Assembly: GCA_015680685.1 (NCBI GenBank) | Contig: MNCI01003042.1 | Span: forward strand, 13,179 to 77,178 | Direction of reading: 5' to 3' | DNA: 64,000 nucleotides | DNA from: Gnetum montanum | Lineage: Eukaryota; Plantae; Gnetophyta | Shown: piece by piece, positions 11,764 to 26,202 of the stretch | Layout: each line of letters opens with the position of its first letter | How positions within the stretch are numbered: the first letter of the stretch is position 1 | The notes under the pieces: generated by a model | What the model was told of the DNA's origin: nothing | The model's input: only the letters and a program-made list of their open reading frames with translations | Database searches by the model: none | Translations under genes and position numbers: made by a program

Positions 11764-14700
11764 ATGTCTTCTTCTTACAAGTTGACTCCCCACTTGCACA
11801 TGATACTAATAGAACTTATGACAAATAACGTAAGAACCTAGATGAAGTACCCAAACAACTCAAAGTGGTCTATATCCATCTAGATCCATACTATCTAGAC
11901 TTTACTTTCATCCTTCACTAGAATGAGTAGCGATGGTGGAGAGTCCTAGAGGAAAAAATTATGTTCTCATACAATCATGACATTCCATCAATGTTCATGG
12001 CAACATTGACAAAGCTGGAACTTGAAGCAATAGCCCTAGAGCACCAAGTGGCAAATCACCTTTCTAAGGATTATCAACCTACAGAGGCTCAACTCATTAA
12101 AGACAAACTCATAAAGGCCCACAATAAATCCTTCAAGGATAAAGGGATTCTAATCACTTTAATATCATAATCTAAAAATGAGAACACTAAATATCCATCA
12201 ATAAGATCTCAATGCCAATGTTCTCCTCCCTTTGGTGGAGAAAATTTAATCCATAACTGGTTATTTTTCATTTTGGAAAGTAACCAAGGTAAGGAAAGAG
12301 CTAAAACCAAAACTAGGAGGACCTCTAGGCTAAGTTCTCCCAACCATAAGCAAGAAAATTCCTAAGGGACTAAAGAAGAAAAGCAAGCCAACACAACTCT
12401 CCTACCTATTCATCCTCACATTTTTTTCACCATTAAGCTCTAATAAGGAAGAACATGACTAGGATCAAAGGAGAAATGATTTAAGGCAATGTGGAGATGG
12501 TGGAAGACTTCATCATAGGGATGGGAGAAGGGAACATAAATTGGATTAGGACGAAGAAGGGCATCATCAATAAAGAAGGCATATCAAATCACATCATAGG
12601 AGATAAGGCCATGACAAGTAGCACAATGAATGAGATTACTATGATGAATAATTTCTTGCTACAATGATCATGATCAAAATCCATCTGGTAATTCACATCC
12701 CCACTAGGCATTAAAGGAATAGCCAAATCAAATGACTTGATATGAACAATATTCACAAGTTTGAGGTAGGCTACAATGCTGATTCATAGCATCATCTATA
12801 GGTTTGACATGATCTATGCACCATACTAAACATTGAAAACAACTTGTAGAACCTTAAGTTATTCCCTAAGATACTTAAAAATGAAGCTTAAAGTTGGTAC
12901 CCATCCTCAAAACTGAAATCTATTCATAAATAGAACATAATGCTAGAGTTGTACAATGATAAGTACTAGATGTACTCTAGGATGTCCAATCTAAAGAAAA
13001 AAATTTATGTGTTGAAATAAGATAATCATAAATCCCTTGATGTATCCCTAGGAAGATACTATTCTTTTCTACACCAATGCCCAAGCCATAGATTCTCTTA
13101 AATGAAATAGCTTCGCCACATCATAGATGGGCTTAGAAACAAAACTAGGAAAACTCTTGGAATCTATGCTTAAGAAATACTATCAAAAATGATAGTCCAT
13201 CATATCCAAAGGCTAATTGACCAAGTAGTAAATCAAGCATAGAATTTAAAGAAAATAGAGAGTGAAAAAGACTACAATAGAAATCCTTCCATTTACAAAA
13301 AGTAGATCCATCTCTATGAACTTGAGAAGGAAGCACCATTAGAGGAGGTTATGTAATGGAAAACCATGCCAATACAAAAATCTGTTATTGAAACATCAAC
13401 CAAGATAAACAAGATGTGGGCCTCTCTTAATAAAAAGTTTCAAATAGAACTAAATATTATGGAGGAAAAATTAGATCAAGAAAGATTCATAGACAGAGAT
13501 AAAAGAAGAAAGAACAACATGGAAAAGGACTATTATCATCAAAAAGTTAAAGTTTTAGTAGTGGAGGAGGCTACAAACTCCGATTCAGATGATAAAGGGT
13601 ATGAAATATGCTAATATGAACATCCAAAGTATTATTGCCCAATTTTGTAACATTTATAGAAGTCTAGGATATATGCCTTAAACCAAAAATTTATAAAATG
13701 ACAAGTACCTAAGAGGTTGTTTTATCCTTAAGGTAACTACAAGTAGTAGTTTCACAAACAATTATACTACCCAAGAAGGATTCCATCTCATCCTCAAGAG
13801 TATTATTAGCAATGACATAACCCACAATTGTGGGGAATGCCACAACCAATGTGGTAGTATTCATAAAGATAATCATATCCTTATGGGTACTATGTCTAGA
13901 AACTCATGTCATCAAGTGGCTCTTCTATTCATACATTTTTCCACCATTATTATCCTCCCAAATATCATAACCCTATCACACCATGAGTTGATTCTTTCTC
14001 CACATATACTCCTTACCACTTGTAACATCATGCATCCCATGCCTTCACTCCTTTGTCACCCACACAGTTTATGCAAGGTAAAATCCCTCCACAATCTTAG
14101 AAGTGGAATGCCATAAGAGATGTAAACTTGCAAGTAGATGATAATTCAAGAGATTTATAGCTTACACCTTAGAAAATGTCATTCTTCTGGCCTAACAATC
14201 TACTAAGACTATCCTTGGTACCTATGGCTACAGAATCCTCACAAACTACCCAAGGGATATCTATCGAGCCATCTTAAAATCAGAGATCTCAAAATGTTTA
14301 AATTATCATGTTAAGCCATGCTATGATAGAATGGATAAAGGTAGGATACCTTTCCAAGAAAAGAATTGATCCTAGGAGTCTCTTGATCTACTTACAAATT
14401 TCAAGAAATGATCCCATGTAAGGCTCTATTAGAGTCATGCTCCATTATGAATTTTATTTCCTAATAAATGTATAAAACATGGAACCTACCTCTAGTTAAG
14501 AAATGTAATACCAAGTTAGAGCTTCCAAACCAATCCATTCCTATTATGTTAGGATTGGTAAAGGATATTGTGACTACCACTAATGGGTGGTCATATCCAA
14601 AAAATTTCTTGATGATTCATATAGACAACTACGAGGGAAACTTCCTAATCATTATGAAAAGGGCTTAGCTAAGTATAATTGGTGTCAAGTTAGAAATCTA

Positions 14701-17300
14701 AGACCTCTTCTTGAAAATCTCCAAGAATAACGAATTCAATAAAATAGGTAAGAGGAAGATTCCATGCATTACGTATAGTGACACAAGGTCTAAATGCATA
14801 TAGAAGATATGGATGAACGAAAGCATAAACATCACAACATGCAAAAGATGTAAGAAGGCATCTAGTGGTTGACTAAAGGCAAAAGCTCCAATTCTACAAT
14901 ATGCATGGATTTAGTAGAGATCCTCACAAGCACATATATAAATAAGATGAATGAAATACAGTAAATCAAAAATCAACTCTTCAATTTAAAGAACATAAGA
15001 GAGCCAAGGATAGATTGGAGAGAGTTGAAAGCTCTAAAATCCTCTAAACTAAAACCCTTGGAACAAAAAATATTATCAAAATATTTAAAATATATGTTCT
15101 TCAACAATGGAAAATAGTTAATTATAAATGTCCATCTCACTAAGGAACAAAAAGAGAAGCTGCTAAAAGTAGTTAACAAATGGCTAGCAACCTTTACTTG
15201 GTCATATGATGAAATAATAGGGATAGATCCACACATATGCTAGCATTATATTTACACAAACTTCTCTATCAATATAAATAGGCACCCACAAATGAGGTTG
15301 AACCATGAATCAAAACATGTCATCAAAAAGAAGGTTGAAAAGCTCCTCAAGGCTATATTCATCTATCCTATGGTAAATATTAAGTGGATGAGCCTAATTA
15401 TCATGGTACCAAAGAAAGGAGGACAATGGAGAGTCTACATAGATTTTAGGTTGTTGAACATTGCTACTTTTAAAGATAATTAATAAAGCTTACTAAGAAA
15501 GATGCAATATTTAAGTGGACTAATGGATGCGAACTAGCATTTTAACTCTTGAAGAAAAATCTTGTAGAAACACCAATCCTATGAGCACCTAATTGATCCA
15601 ATCGATTCCACATCATGATAGATGCATCCAATTCCACCTTAGGAGCAGTACTTACATGAATGATCATAAACATCCATTGTGCAAGTGTGAGCATTGAAAG
15701 TACACATCTCAACTACATCAAAAGAGAGAAAGAATTAATGGTATAGTGTATGCCCTTGCAAAATTTTTGCACCATGTGCTTGGATATTCTATGTTTATGC
15801 ATATTGACCATAGTGTCATTCACTTCCTTATAAATAAATCAATGATGAACCCCTATATCGTACAATGACTAGTGATTTTACATGAATTTGATCTAACAAT
15901 GGTGGATAGAAAGAAAACTAAGAACATAGTTGTTGATCATTTAACTCAGTTAAGATAGGACAACAAGGCTTATGAAGAACCTTTATCTAATCAATTTCAT
16001 AAGGAGTTGCTTTTTATCAAGGCAGCTAAGGCTTCACCAGTAAGGACCAAAAACTAGTATGATGAATTTCTCTTCTATTTTCTTACAGAGGAAAATCCTA
16101 TCAAATGGAATTGTAAGAGAAAGTAGTAGTTCCTCCATCAGGTCAAGCACTATATAGAAATAGAGGAAAACCTCTATAAAATCTACATAGATGGAGTAGT
16201 ACAATGGTGTATATTTGATAAAAATTAACTCAAAGTTCTCCAAGTTACTCATGAAGGACCTTGTAAAGGAAACTATGCTAGAAGAACAACCATTAAAATA
16301 TTAATGGTAAGATATTTTTGGCCTATGATCTTCAAGGATGCCCACCATTCATCCAATGATGTAAGTGATCTTAACAAGATGAAAAAATGACAACCAGAAT
16401 GGAGAAACCTAAATAGTGGATTTAGCCATTAGAGTCCTTTGTTCTTTGGAGAATTGACTTCATGGAATCCATCACCCTAATGTCCAATGGAAAGTTACAC
16501 ATCATTATTATTATTGACTACTTGTACTTCTTTTACAGTAGCCCAATTCTTTTAGAAAAAAGTGATAAATAGAATTGATGTGCTAAGGACACTAATTTTT
16601 GATAATCGTACCCACTTCATGGATACTACTTTTTCAAAGTAAATACAATGCTTGGAGGTGAAGCAGAAACTTGCAAACACCCTACCATCCCCATGCCAAC
16701 AATCAAGCTAAAGCTACTAATAGGAAGATTGCTAATATTCTAATAATAACTATTAGTTAATATAAAAAGGACTAGAGCATAAAATTTAATAATGCCCTAT
16801 GGGCCTACCATTCAATATGAAAACTTCCTATAGGCTACTCTCCCTATGAGTTAGTGTATGAAAAGTCATCTAAAATTTTAATTCAAACCAAGCTCCATAC
16901 ACTTACAACCATATGTAACCTTGACTTAGACGTTAACTTAACATAGAAAGTGAGATTGATAATAATCAATGTGCTAGATGAGAATTGAAGAATAACACTC
17001 ATAATAAATGAAGTGCATAATGCATATAATAATTAATGACATGATGCTAGTATAGGAAGAGTTGAATTTGAACCAAAAAACAAGGCTTTCTATTAGAACC
17101 CCACACATGTGCCTTACCAAACTACATGTTAAACATTGTGGGAAGAACCTTACATTATGTATTCAATCCTTCTGGAACAATGATAATTTACTATCTAATA
17201 AGTCCACAAAAGCACATTCTAGTTAACATCCAACAAGTAATTCCCTTTAAAGACTTTCAAGCAACTAGTAACAACAACAATACCTCAATTCAAGGATAAA
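11764..17300 (+). pseudogene. gag-pol of element C (gag, protease, partial RT, RNase H, integrase)
   Basis: LKLFPKIL gag core about 12855. WNLP..K..KLEL protease 14468-14668. MVPKKGGQWRVYIDFRLLN RT N-terminus 15292-15483 then jumps directly to KLTKKDA, so the RT core is missing. DASNS RNase H about 15620. IDFM and H.HANNQ integrase motifs 16440-16720. Confidence 0.8.
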
Positions 17301-18529
17301 TACACTTAATTTTTATGATCTTCTTCTTCCAACTCAATCATAGAGGAGACAACCATCTAACTTGATTCCTTATAAGGACTAAATTTTCAATTTTCTATTT
17401 TATACCATCTTTAATTTTTTTTTTCATTCTTCAAATGTTTTCTATTTTCTTAAAACTTTTACTTTCTTCTATATGAAGGATCATTACCTAGAGTCATAGT
17501 ACTCATTCCACTAAGTGAGGTCCCAAAATGATTTGTAGGTAAGCAAAAGCCTAATCTCTTCAAGTAGTTATGCCTAGGCTCAAACCTAAGTCTTTGACTT
17601 AAGAAAAGAGCATCTTACCATTACTTCAAATGACAATCCCTTTTTACTTTCTTCTTATATTTTCATTTATTTTTATTTTGAATCATTTCTTTGACCCAAA
17701 TGTAGTTCATTAGGATTTCCCTATTCATGTACAAGGATATCTGATTATTAAGGCTATGTTCTATATTAATGGTTTATCAAGCACATGATGGTATAAGGTA
17801 GTGAGTTCACAACATCCATCCCTTCCATTTCTATTAATAAGAGATTCACATCATAAAGACAATATGGTTGTTTTACATGAAACTAAAAAGAACTCACGAT
17901 CTGATTACCTAAAGAAAGGATAAAGGATCAAGGTAAAATGAAAAAAGATATGCACTCAAGGAGATTTATTGAGTCTTTCAGCTTCTTTGATGTGCCTCAT
18001 GATACTATGTGATTGTATCATTACTCAGATTGTAATTTTAAATGAAGTATGTTCTTTGCCAAATTTGAATCCCATACAAAAAAGGATAAAAACATACATC
18101 TCTAAAGATCTCTTGGAAATAAACACTAGTTATGGAACTAGAAAGGTATGTTACTCATGCCTAAAGACACTACTTTAATTAAGGCTCAGATTTCTTCCAT
18201 GATTGTAAAGCATAACTGCTTCCTTAGTTATCTTTTGTTAAGTAATGATATTCTTCTATAGTGTGATGATCTCATGATTATAAATATAACATAAGACAAT
18301 GGAAGGTCACTAGTACTAGTATGAATTTGGTTGAAACTTGGATGGAAAGGTACACAAATCATCTTAACCACATCAATCCATAAGAACCTATTATTAAAAT
18401 AGTAAGGTATCTCACGTCTTCATACTTGCAATTCCTTCTAATTTTCATTATTTACCTCAATGTTATGTACCATAGTCTACATAATGAGTTTTGTTTGGTA
18501 CAGTGCAAGGACTTAATGGCAATGGCTGT

Positions 18530-19402
18530 TGATGAGTGGCGAGATACCCCTACACTCAACCATACGAATACGAGCATTTTCACGCGTGATCCAGTCGAAC
18601 TCCGCAGACGAACTAGTTGTGGCACCTATACAATTATCCTTAGGTCACAGTTCATTGTCTTCCCACCTAGACTAGTATTATATTTGTCATATATGGTTTA
18701 GTACAGAGTGAGGTGTATGATGTGTTCCCAATCTAATGCTACTCCTGAAGGCAATGGAAGATAATATTAACTAAGCTAAGTTAGGAGAAAGGGTAAGAGA
18801 ATCTAATCTAGCCTAAGTGCGATGAGCATCTGTTCCTTGATCATCTGTACACATCTTGGACTTCATGCACGACTACCACTAGGATTACCAAGTGCAGATC
18901 CTAGGTATGCCATTGGGTTACCAAGTAATCACACTTAAATACTCGTAATCAAGTCGTACTCATTCCGCGTTGCTAGGAGATAAGGGTGAGAGAGACTAAT
19001 TAAGAAAGAAGTAAATAACAATTAAATAAATAAATGAACAAAGTGAATGCTGCAATGATGAAGTAATCTCGATCTTTATTGCTGGTCATGTGCATGTCCA
19101 AGTACGTCACACTCGAATAAAGGATGTCGTACAATTACATTCCCCACACTGCGGGCAGACACTGGAAAATAATCTATCTCTGGAGGGATCAAACTGCCAG
19201 AGCTTCGCTACTCCTATTTCTATGTTGTGAAATGAGGGAGAGTTGCCTTTTATTTATAGAATTGGCAGTGGGAAGGACACGATATCGTAGCCCATGCGAT
19301 ATCACGACTGTGATATCCCAACTATGATATCACAACCACTGGGATATCACAACTGTGATATCACGGTAGTGATATCACAGCCAGCAAATTCATGACTCAT
19401 CA
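18530..19402 (-). mobile_element. Element E: solo LTR (873 bp) inserted in element C
   Basis: TGATGAG...CTCATCA termini. TSD GCTGT (18525-18529) / GTTGT (19403-19407). No PBS or PPT adjacent. Seven GATATC units at 19281-19376. Confidence 0.9.
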
Positions 19403-20639
19403 GTTGTGTTGGCATGGTTTCTAATCTAGATCAACATTAAATTTTCAAACTACCTAAGGATACCTTATGAAATGGTTATGCAAGGGTATTTATAGCATGG
19501 ACCTATTTTGGGAAGAACCCACTTGCACAACTCTTGGGCATCTAGCTTAGAATCCACTACCACATGCCCAGTTTCATTTGCTTGCAATCCTAATGATTTT
19601 AGCCATCTAACTTTGCTTGTTTTTTGAATTGATTTATGTCCTGGAAACATAACATTTCCAAATCTAATTATGAGCTTCTTTGTGTTAAAAACCTTAACTA
19701 GAATCTTAATTTTACTATCTGCATCTTTAGAACCCCTTTTTGGCTTCCACTTGACCATTAGTTTGTGTTAGAACTATCAAAAATCCCTTAGTTTTTCAAG
19801 TGAAAATTTTTGTCTACAAATATATCAATGCATCCATGAGAAGCTTCTAAACATAAGCTCTACATTGTTGGGGCATTAACAACTATTTTTCCAACAAAAT
19901 TTCAAAAACCCCCATAGAGAGTTAAATTAACTCAAGCATTAGAATAATATTAAAAACTTCACCAATGTCAATTCCAAGCTTAGATACAAAAGAAGGAGGG
20001 TTAGTGTCAAGTTAGTAACTGGTTGTAAAATCTTGCCAAATTGCATGGATGAGTTTCCTTTTTAGATTTTGTAGATACTAGGGCATTCCCTAAATGTGAT
20101 GTGCAATAATCATATGATTGAAGATTATTTAAAATAACTACAAATAAACAAAGTTCTAGCTCTTCATAAAGACGAATGATGAAAAAGAACTCATGTAGCC
20201 TACCCCATTTTCTTAGGACAAGGCCAAGAGGATGATTATTATTATTATTATTATTACTATCATATTAAAAATAAAAGGTATCAACAATTTAACTACCATT
20301 AACACCTCAAGACTCAATCTCAACAACCACTTAAGAGCTCTAACCCCTAATTTTTTTGAAATTAATACTAACCAAGGGTAATTGAAAGGTATATAAAATT
20401 AGGAATTAAAGCTAAGACTAATCCATGATCATCCTTGTGATCACAAATGGCTTTCAAATGAGGTCCACAATTAAGTGACCATCATAGCTTAAGTAGAAGC
20501 ACCCATGGGAAAAAAGAGAATAGCAACAACAACAACAAGAGCAAGCCACTAAGGCCACCCATGCCATGGGGCCCCTGAGAGAAGAATTCAAGGTAAAATT
20601 TGTCCACCAAATTTCCATTATTGAGACAAAATAATCAAA

Positions 20640-23430
20640 ATAATATTAGGCATCAAACCTAGGCCAAACCTAAAGGTTACCTTACTAGAGGCATGTTTAG
20701 AGAAGGTCCAAAGCAAGAAGATCCAAAGTTAAGTTCTTGGAGAACTTAACTTTGGATCCTTCTTAGAGTTCATGCTAGAGGAGGTTTATGCACAGTTGTA
20801 GATGCCATAACTATGGCCCATGATTTCCAGCAATATAGAATGGTACTTGGAAGAAATTTATATCTTCTAAAATAACTGTCAAGGAGATACAATAGTGGAA
20901 ATTAAAGATATTACTATTTCTAACTTGGTGGAGAGCATAGCAAAGGCCCTTAGATTGTCCAACATTGGAAAAAAGCACATTGAGGTGTTGACATAGGTAG
21001 CCATAGAGATCAAAAAGGAATAAACCTAGCTTTATTATGAAGTTAACTATAAGGAGTATGGTGATATTACAAAGATATAGAAGATATACTTCAAAATTAT
21101 GGACTACCATCTCAATCCAATGGTACAACCAAGCAAGGTTATTATCTTCTCTACAAGGGCATGTACATCTTTGAGTAGGAAGTTCCTTGTCATTCTACCT
21201 TAACTCATATTTCTAAAGATTGAAAAAGGGTTTAAAGAAAATGAGAAGGATGGAAAGACACTCCTCTTTTCTTATCTAATTAGAAAGCTATGCAAAAGGG
21301 GAGGAATAGCATGCTACTTCAATGATACATTCTGTAGGGCCCCTGCCACATCCTAGCAGGAAATGATGAAGGATAAGTTCCTAAAAATTTTAACCAGAAG
21401 CAAACCACAAGCATTTCTTCTATAAACATACTAAAGAGGGGTGAGATTCCCTGAAAACATTTTATGTAGTCACTTTGCTTTTATGTTTGAGCCTTTCTCT
21501 TGATTTGTTCCTTTTAGTCTCTCTGTCTTTCCATCTTTTCTTTAGCTGCACGAGATCTTGCTTAAAATTTTAAGTACCCTAAAATTTTAACCACCTCCTC
21601 CATCAACAACAACTAAAAAATGATTGAAATAACAACAAAAACATATTGCTTAAGGAAACTTAGGAAAAGGATGTAGCAAAAAGCCTTTGAAAGTAGTCGT
21701 GATGGTGAGTCATTGGGGTATGATCCATCCATGAGATATCTCAATGAAGTCACCAAGACTATCAACTAGCTAATAGATGACTTAAGCAACTTGTTCTCTA
21801 TGTAAAGGAATTAGGTTTCTCTTCTCACTAACCCTAGCACATGCAAGGTTATGGTGTCCATCCATGGGAAGCAATTGCCCAAAATCTCTAAGAACACTAC
21901 AAATTTCTTAGTCATGTTGAAGAAAGGGAAAAATGCAATAGTCATGGTGATGTCATACAAGGACTAAGAGACAACTATCAATACTGTTATTAATAGAATT
22001 AAAGAAGCCCTAAGTGCTCTTATAACATTCATTTGAGACATTGCTACCATGGTAGATATCCAAGTATTTGTAGGAGCTAGGAGTAGGGGAATGAGCATAG
22101 CATAATACCAAGAAATGCTAGAATGATTGGTCAGAGAAAGGTAATCAATTTTGAAGATTTTTAACATCTTAGAATATATATCAACAACCCAAACACATCT
22201 ACTAGAGATAACAAGCAGTCTTCTTGGTGCATAAGTACAACTTAAGAAAGCTATCAACATCCATCAAAGATTGGTAGTGGAGGTTACAAAATTCAAAGCC
22301 CAGCTAGAACTTATAAGAGATAAAGCTTTTCATTAACTTAAACAAAAACTGAAGGAGACCAAGAATGCCAAAAATCTTGTAATCCAAGAAGCATCATTAT
22401 CAAAAATAATGTTTACTATAATAAGTAGTGATCTCCTAAACATGCATAGAGAAAATAAACTTCTAGCCAAGGAGAACTAATATCTATAGAAACCTAAGGC
22501 TTAAAAAGAGAAATTGCTGAAGTACATTAGACAATAACAAAAACAACTCACTAGGGTAAATGAAGATGTTAGGAGGTTGGCTACTAAGAATAGGAATCTC
22601 TTGATGGAGGAGGTATTGACCATTTTCTAGAAGACCACCATTAAGATTGCCACCTAGAAGAATGAGGGCTTAAAGTGCAAGAAGATAAAAAAATCATTAT
22701 AGGTTGAAATGCAAAAGAAGGTAAATGAAAAGGAGATAATTCTAGCATACACTAAGATGAATGATGTCCTCTAAAAACTCTAGTAAAGAGATAGTGCATA
22801 ACAATCCATCTTTAATAGACTGGATACATACAATAAAGTAGAGATCTACCTAAAAAAGTTACACATAGAAGAGATGATGTAATATATGGAGTTAATAAAC
22901 CTCCATTAGGCAAACCTAGTGATGTTAATTGATGGGTGACTATAGTAAAATTGGAGAAATAAGTGATTACTTCCTACCTCCTTTATGAGGCAAACTTCAA
23001 GCTCCATAAGAAAACAAAGTAGAAGCTAGAAGTGGCTAATGCAGATCTTGAATTTCTCAAGAGATTTTGAAGATCAAAGATCGATTACTAAGAACTTGAT
23101 GAGAAGAATGACTAATCACTAGGAGAAACAAAACCTTGTGCAAATGTTTGATATCAAATGAAAGTAATTCGTAGCCTAGTTTATAAAAGCAAAAGAGATG
23201 TTTCCAACCCTACCTTATCCATGGAATGTACCAACACTAGCCATTCTAGGTGATGCTACCTAGACCATCAATGACCCAAGGAGCATGGAAGATAAGATGA
23301 AGTTACTATTGAACACCTTCAAGTTTTCAAAAATAATAATAGTAGTTTCAAGGTAGCCAAGGCCACCAATAAGTCTAGGACATGAGTAGAGACCACTAGA
23401 GTCATAGGAGCCTCTACATCCTCGCATAGT
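20640..23430 (+). pseudogene. Extra 3' ORF of element C, decayed
   Basis: FLIRKLCKRGG..YFND (about 21270-21330), YNKVEIYLKKLHIEEM and LPYPWNVPTLA (about 23210) match element D's ORF2. Confidence 0.75.
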
Positions 23431-24559
23431 TTTAAGATTCGATCTTGACCATATTTGTATAGGAATAACTAGTCCATTCTTATAGTATCTCCAATTTTGA
23501 TGGATTTAATTATAAGCACTCAAACATTTTGTAATATGACACTCATAGTTTATTAAAATGTTACTTAGTCAATAGTTTAGTTCCATACTTCCCAATTTTA
23601 TAAACTTGATCCTACTTTTATCACTCAAGAACAAGTTTTCAGTCAATCGTGGATGTATGATGAAGTATAAATAAGCATGATACTTTGATGGGCATGTTTC
23701 AACGTAACTCTATTAATGCATCCCCATTGATGGATCTTATGATGCATTAACATTGTCTAATCTTTTACTTGTATAAATGAGCACACCATCCACATTTTAT
23801 GGACCTTTGGTCATTCTTATAGCTAGATTCTTGTAGTTTCATCCTATAGGACTTAGTCCAATTTTCCTTTAAGTGCCTAAAGCATGGATAGAATTAATTG
23901 AATGGAGTTTTATTTGAGTGCATGATGTAGCTAAACACAACTACATGTCAGTAATAAAATTAAAATTCATTTCTTCTACTGTAATACTTGAAATAACAAA
24001 TAGTTTATTTTTAACACTTTACTTTCTAGCACTTAGATAATTACTATTTTATTTCATAATTGTGTACAATCACTTTGAACATAAAATATTAATATTTGGT
24101 CATCCCAGCAGTTGATACTTGGTACACCAAGTAATAACCATTTGGTAACATAGTAACAGTAGTATAAGTTCATAATGCAAATGGATAATGAGAATGGATG
24201 CTTCACGTGTAGGCTAGTTTAGGTTACTCTTAGTTGATACTTAACTATATCCATTAAGCTACAAAAGTGATGATCAAGAAAGAACCAAAAATGTCATGCT
24301 TAATTATCTAGGATACTGTTAGCCTAAGGTTCCATGAAATTCAACCGAATCATGTTTACATGCTTGTGATTTGTACAGTTAAGCATAGGAAGCTCTTGCT
24401 ACTCAAATATTGTTAAGAACATCAAATATTGTTAAGTGTCTTTAATATTGTTAAGTGTCTTTATTTTCATTTGAACAAAAAAATAACTATACCTGCTTGA
24501 AATTTATAAAGTTAAAAAGTAATGCAATAATTAGCTTGAGGAATGTTGTCATTTTATTT

Positions 24560-25754
24560 TGTACGCCTCCAAACCTTATGGTAGACAACCCTTGATCTCA
24601 CACCTTAGGTACTTAGCCCTTAAGGTAAGGTGCCTAGAATAGTCTAATTAAAGCTAAATCACCCTAAGAGTTAAAGAATGTCAAAAGAGAGAAGAAAAAA
24701 AATATGCAAGTAATAATTAAAACTTTAATTAACTTTAAAATAATAAATCCTTTTTTATTCTTGTTGAAACAAATAAACAATGCTGAGAAGGGAAGGTGCT
24801 CAAGTATCCATAGATGAATACTATAATCATCAATTCCTAAAAGTTGTAGATTCTCAAGATAATGTAATGAGTCCCCTTTCTTCTACATGGGGTAGAAGGG
24901 TATTTATATAAGTTTAAAGGTAAAATTTTTCCAATTTGTAATTTTTAAATAAACTATGACTTTATAAGCCTTTTCTAAACTTTAAAGAAATTAACTTTAA
25001 AACAGAAAGGTTTTAGTTTTCTTTATTTTTGAAAAAAAAATAATTTTTAAAAAGAAACATTATCAAGTTTTTAAAAAAATTTGATTCTATTCTTTGTTTT
25101 TTGTTTTTTTTCAAATTTGGGAACTCTAAAAATAAATTATTATTTTTATTTTTTAAAATTTATTTTTATTTTTTTAATGTTGATTTCAAGGTTTCTAGGA
25201 TGCTTGCAAAATGAGAAACATGCTAACTTTAGCATTTTAGCATTTTGCCTTATTTTGACATTTGATGTAATCAACGTAATCATAGTATGATCCTTAAGCA
25301 TAATGGCCCAACATGATCATTCAACGTGATCATTTTTGGGATTGTAACTTGATGCTTTTGAGAAAATTATCTCAAATATGATTACACCAACATGATCATG
25401 CCAACATGTTGCTTCAACATGATCCACTAACGTGTTATTTTAAGATGCCACCAACATGATCCTGCCTGCTTCAACATGATCCACTAACGTGTTATTTTAA
25501 GATGCCAATGTAATGCATTTTAGATGACCATCTCAATTTTGATTGCTCCAAATTGTTAGCTTAGCATGATCACAAGTATAACATCTTTTAAAATAGTGCT
25601 TTAAAATGTTCATCTAGAAATCATTCCAATTGCACTTTGATTTCAATAGATGAATAGTTCTTTATTAGAGTTTAGAGCATTCTAGGGGCAAGGGTATAGC
25701 CAAATTTTTTATCTAAGGGCATTTTAAGTGGATTTTAGGAATGTGAACCCCACA
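24560..25754 (-). mobile_element. Putative solo LTR or repeat of an unrelated family
   Basis: TG...CA bounded (TGTACGCC...ACCCCACA). TATA-like TATATAAATACCC on the minus strand at about 24898-24910. CAACATGATC motif array 25270-25510. No matching TSD found. Confidence 0.35.
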
Positions 25755-26202
25755 AAACAAAATGTTGAAACTATAATGCTCAAACATTGAAAGATCTCAA
25801 AATTTAATGAATATTTAATACCAATGATGTTTTTAGGCCACAATTTTAGATGTTTCAACTATAAGCTTATGTTATATAATAAACATATACTAATAAGCTT
25901 ATAATATAACTTATATAGTTTTAGCTTACATAAACTATTATAATCTTATCAGGTTATTTAAGTTTATAATAAAGTTATAACCTTGTAGAAGCTTTTAAAT
26001 ATATAAGATCATAGCATAAACTTGGTATAATTATATAATAAAATTGTATATGTGTGCATAGATAATAAGTATAGTTTATGTTAATAAATGTAATATAAGG
26101 TTATTATTGTGAATTATAATTCCATATTTATTATTATTACTACTATGTTATGATATAAGGTAACTTTTAATTATAAACATTGGATAAGTTTACAAGGGTT
26201 GC

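Larger units (their letters stand above)
10865..24407 (+). mobile_element. Element C: old full-length Athila-like element, heavily decayed, RT core deleted, containing a nested solo LTR
   Basis: 5' LTR about 10865-11619 ends CACTCATCA and is followed by a degenerate PBS TTTGTGTTGTTACTAAGGA. gag-pol remnants 11764-17300. Extra ORF about 20640-23430. Degenerate PPT about 23641-23657. 3' LTR 23658 to about 24407. Possible TSD TATTC/TATTG (weak). Confidence 0.8.

Noticed and set aside
19281-19376. Short palindromic arrays as CRISPR-like repeats
   Set aside because: Units are contiguous 14-mers with no unique spacers and no cas genes, and they lie in eukaryotic LTR U3.
19650-19870. Internal palindrome array for element C's extra ORF
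   Set aside because: Region too decayed to identify one, so the two-site concordance rests on elements B and D only.
24550-25763. 13-bp inverted repeats (CATTTTATTTTGT / ACAAAACAAAATG) as DNA-transposon TIRs
   Set aside because: Low complexity, no TSD and no transposase; may be chance in AT-rich DNA.
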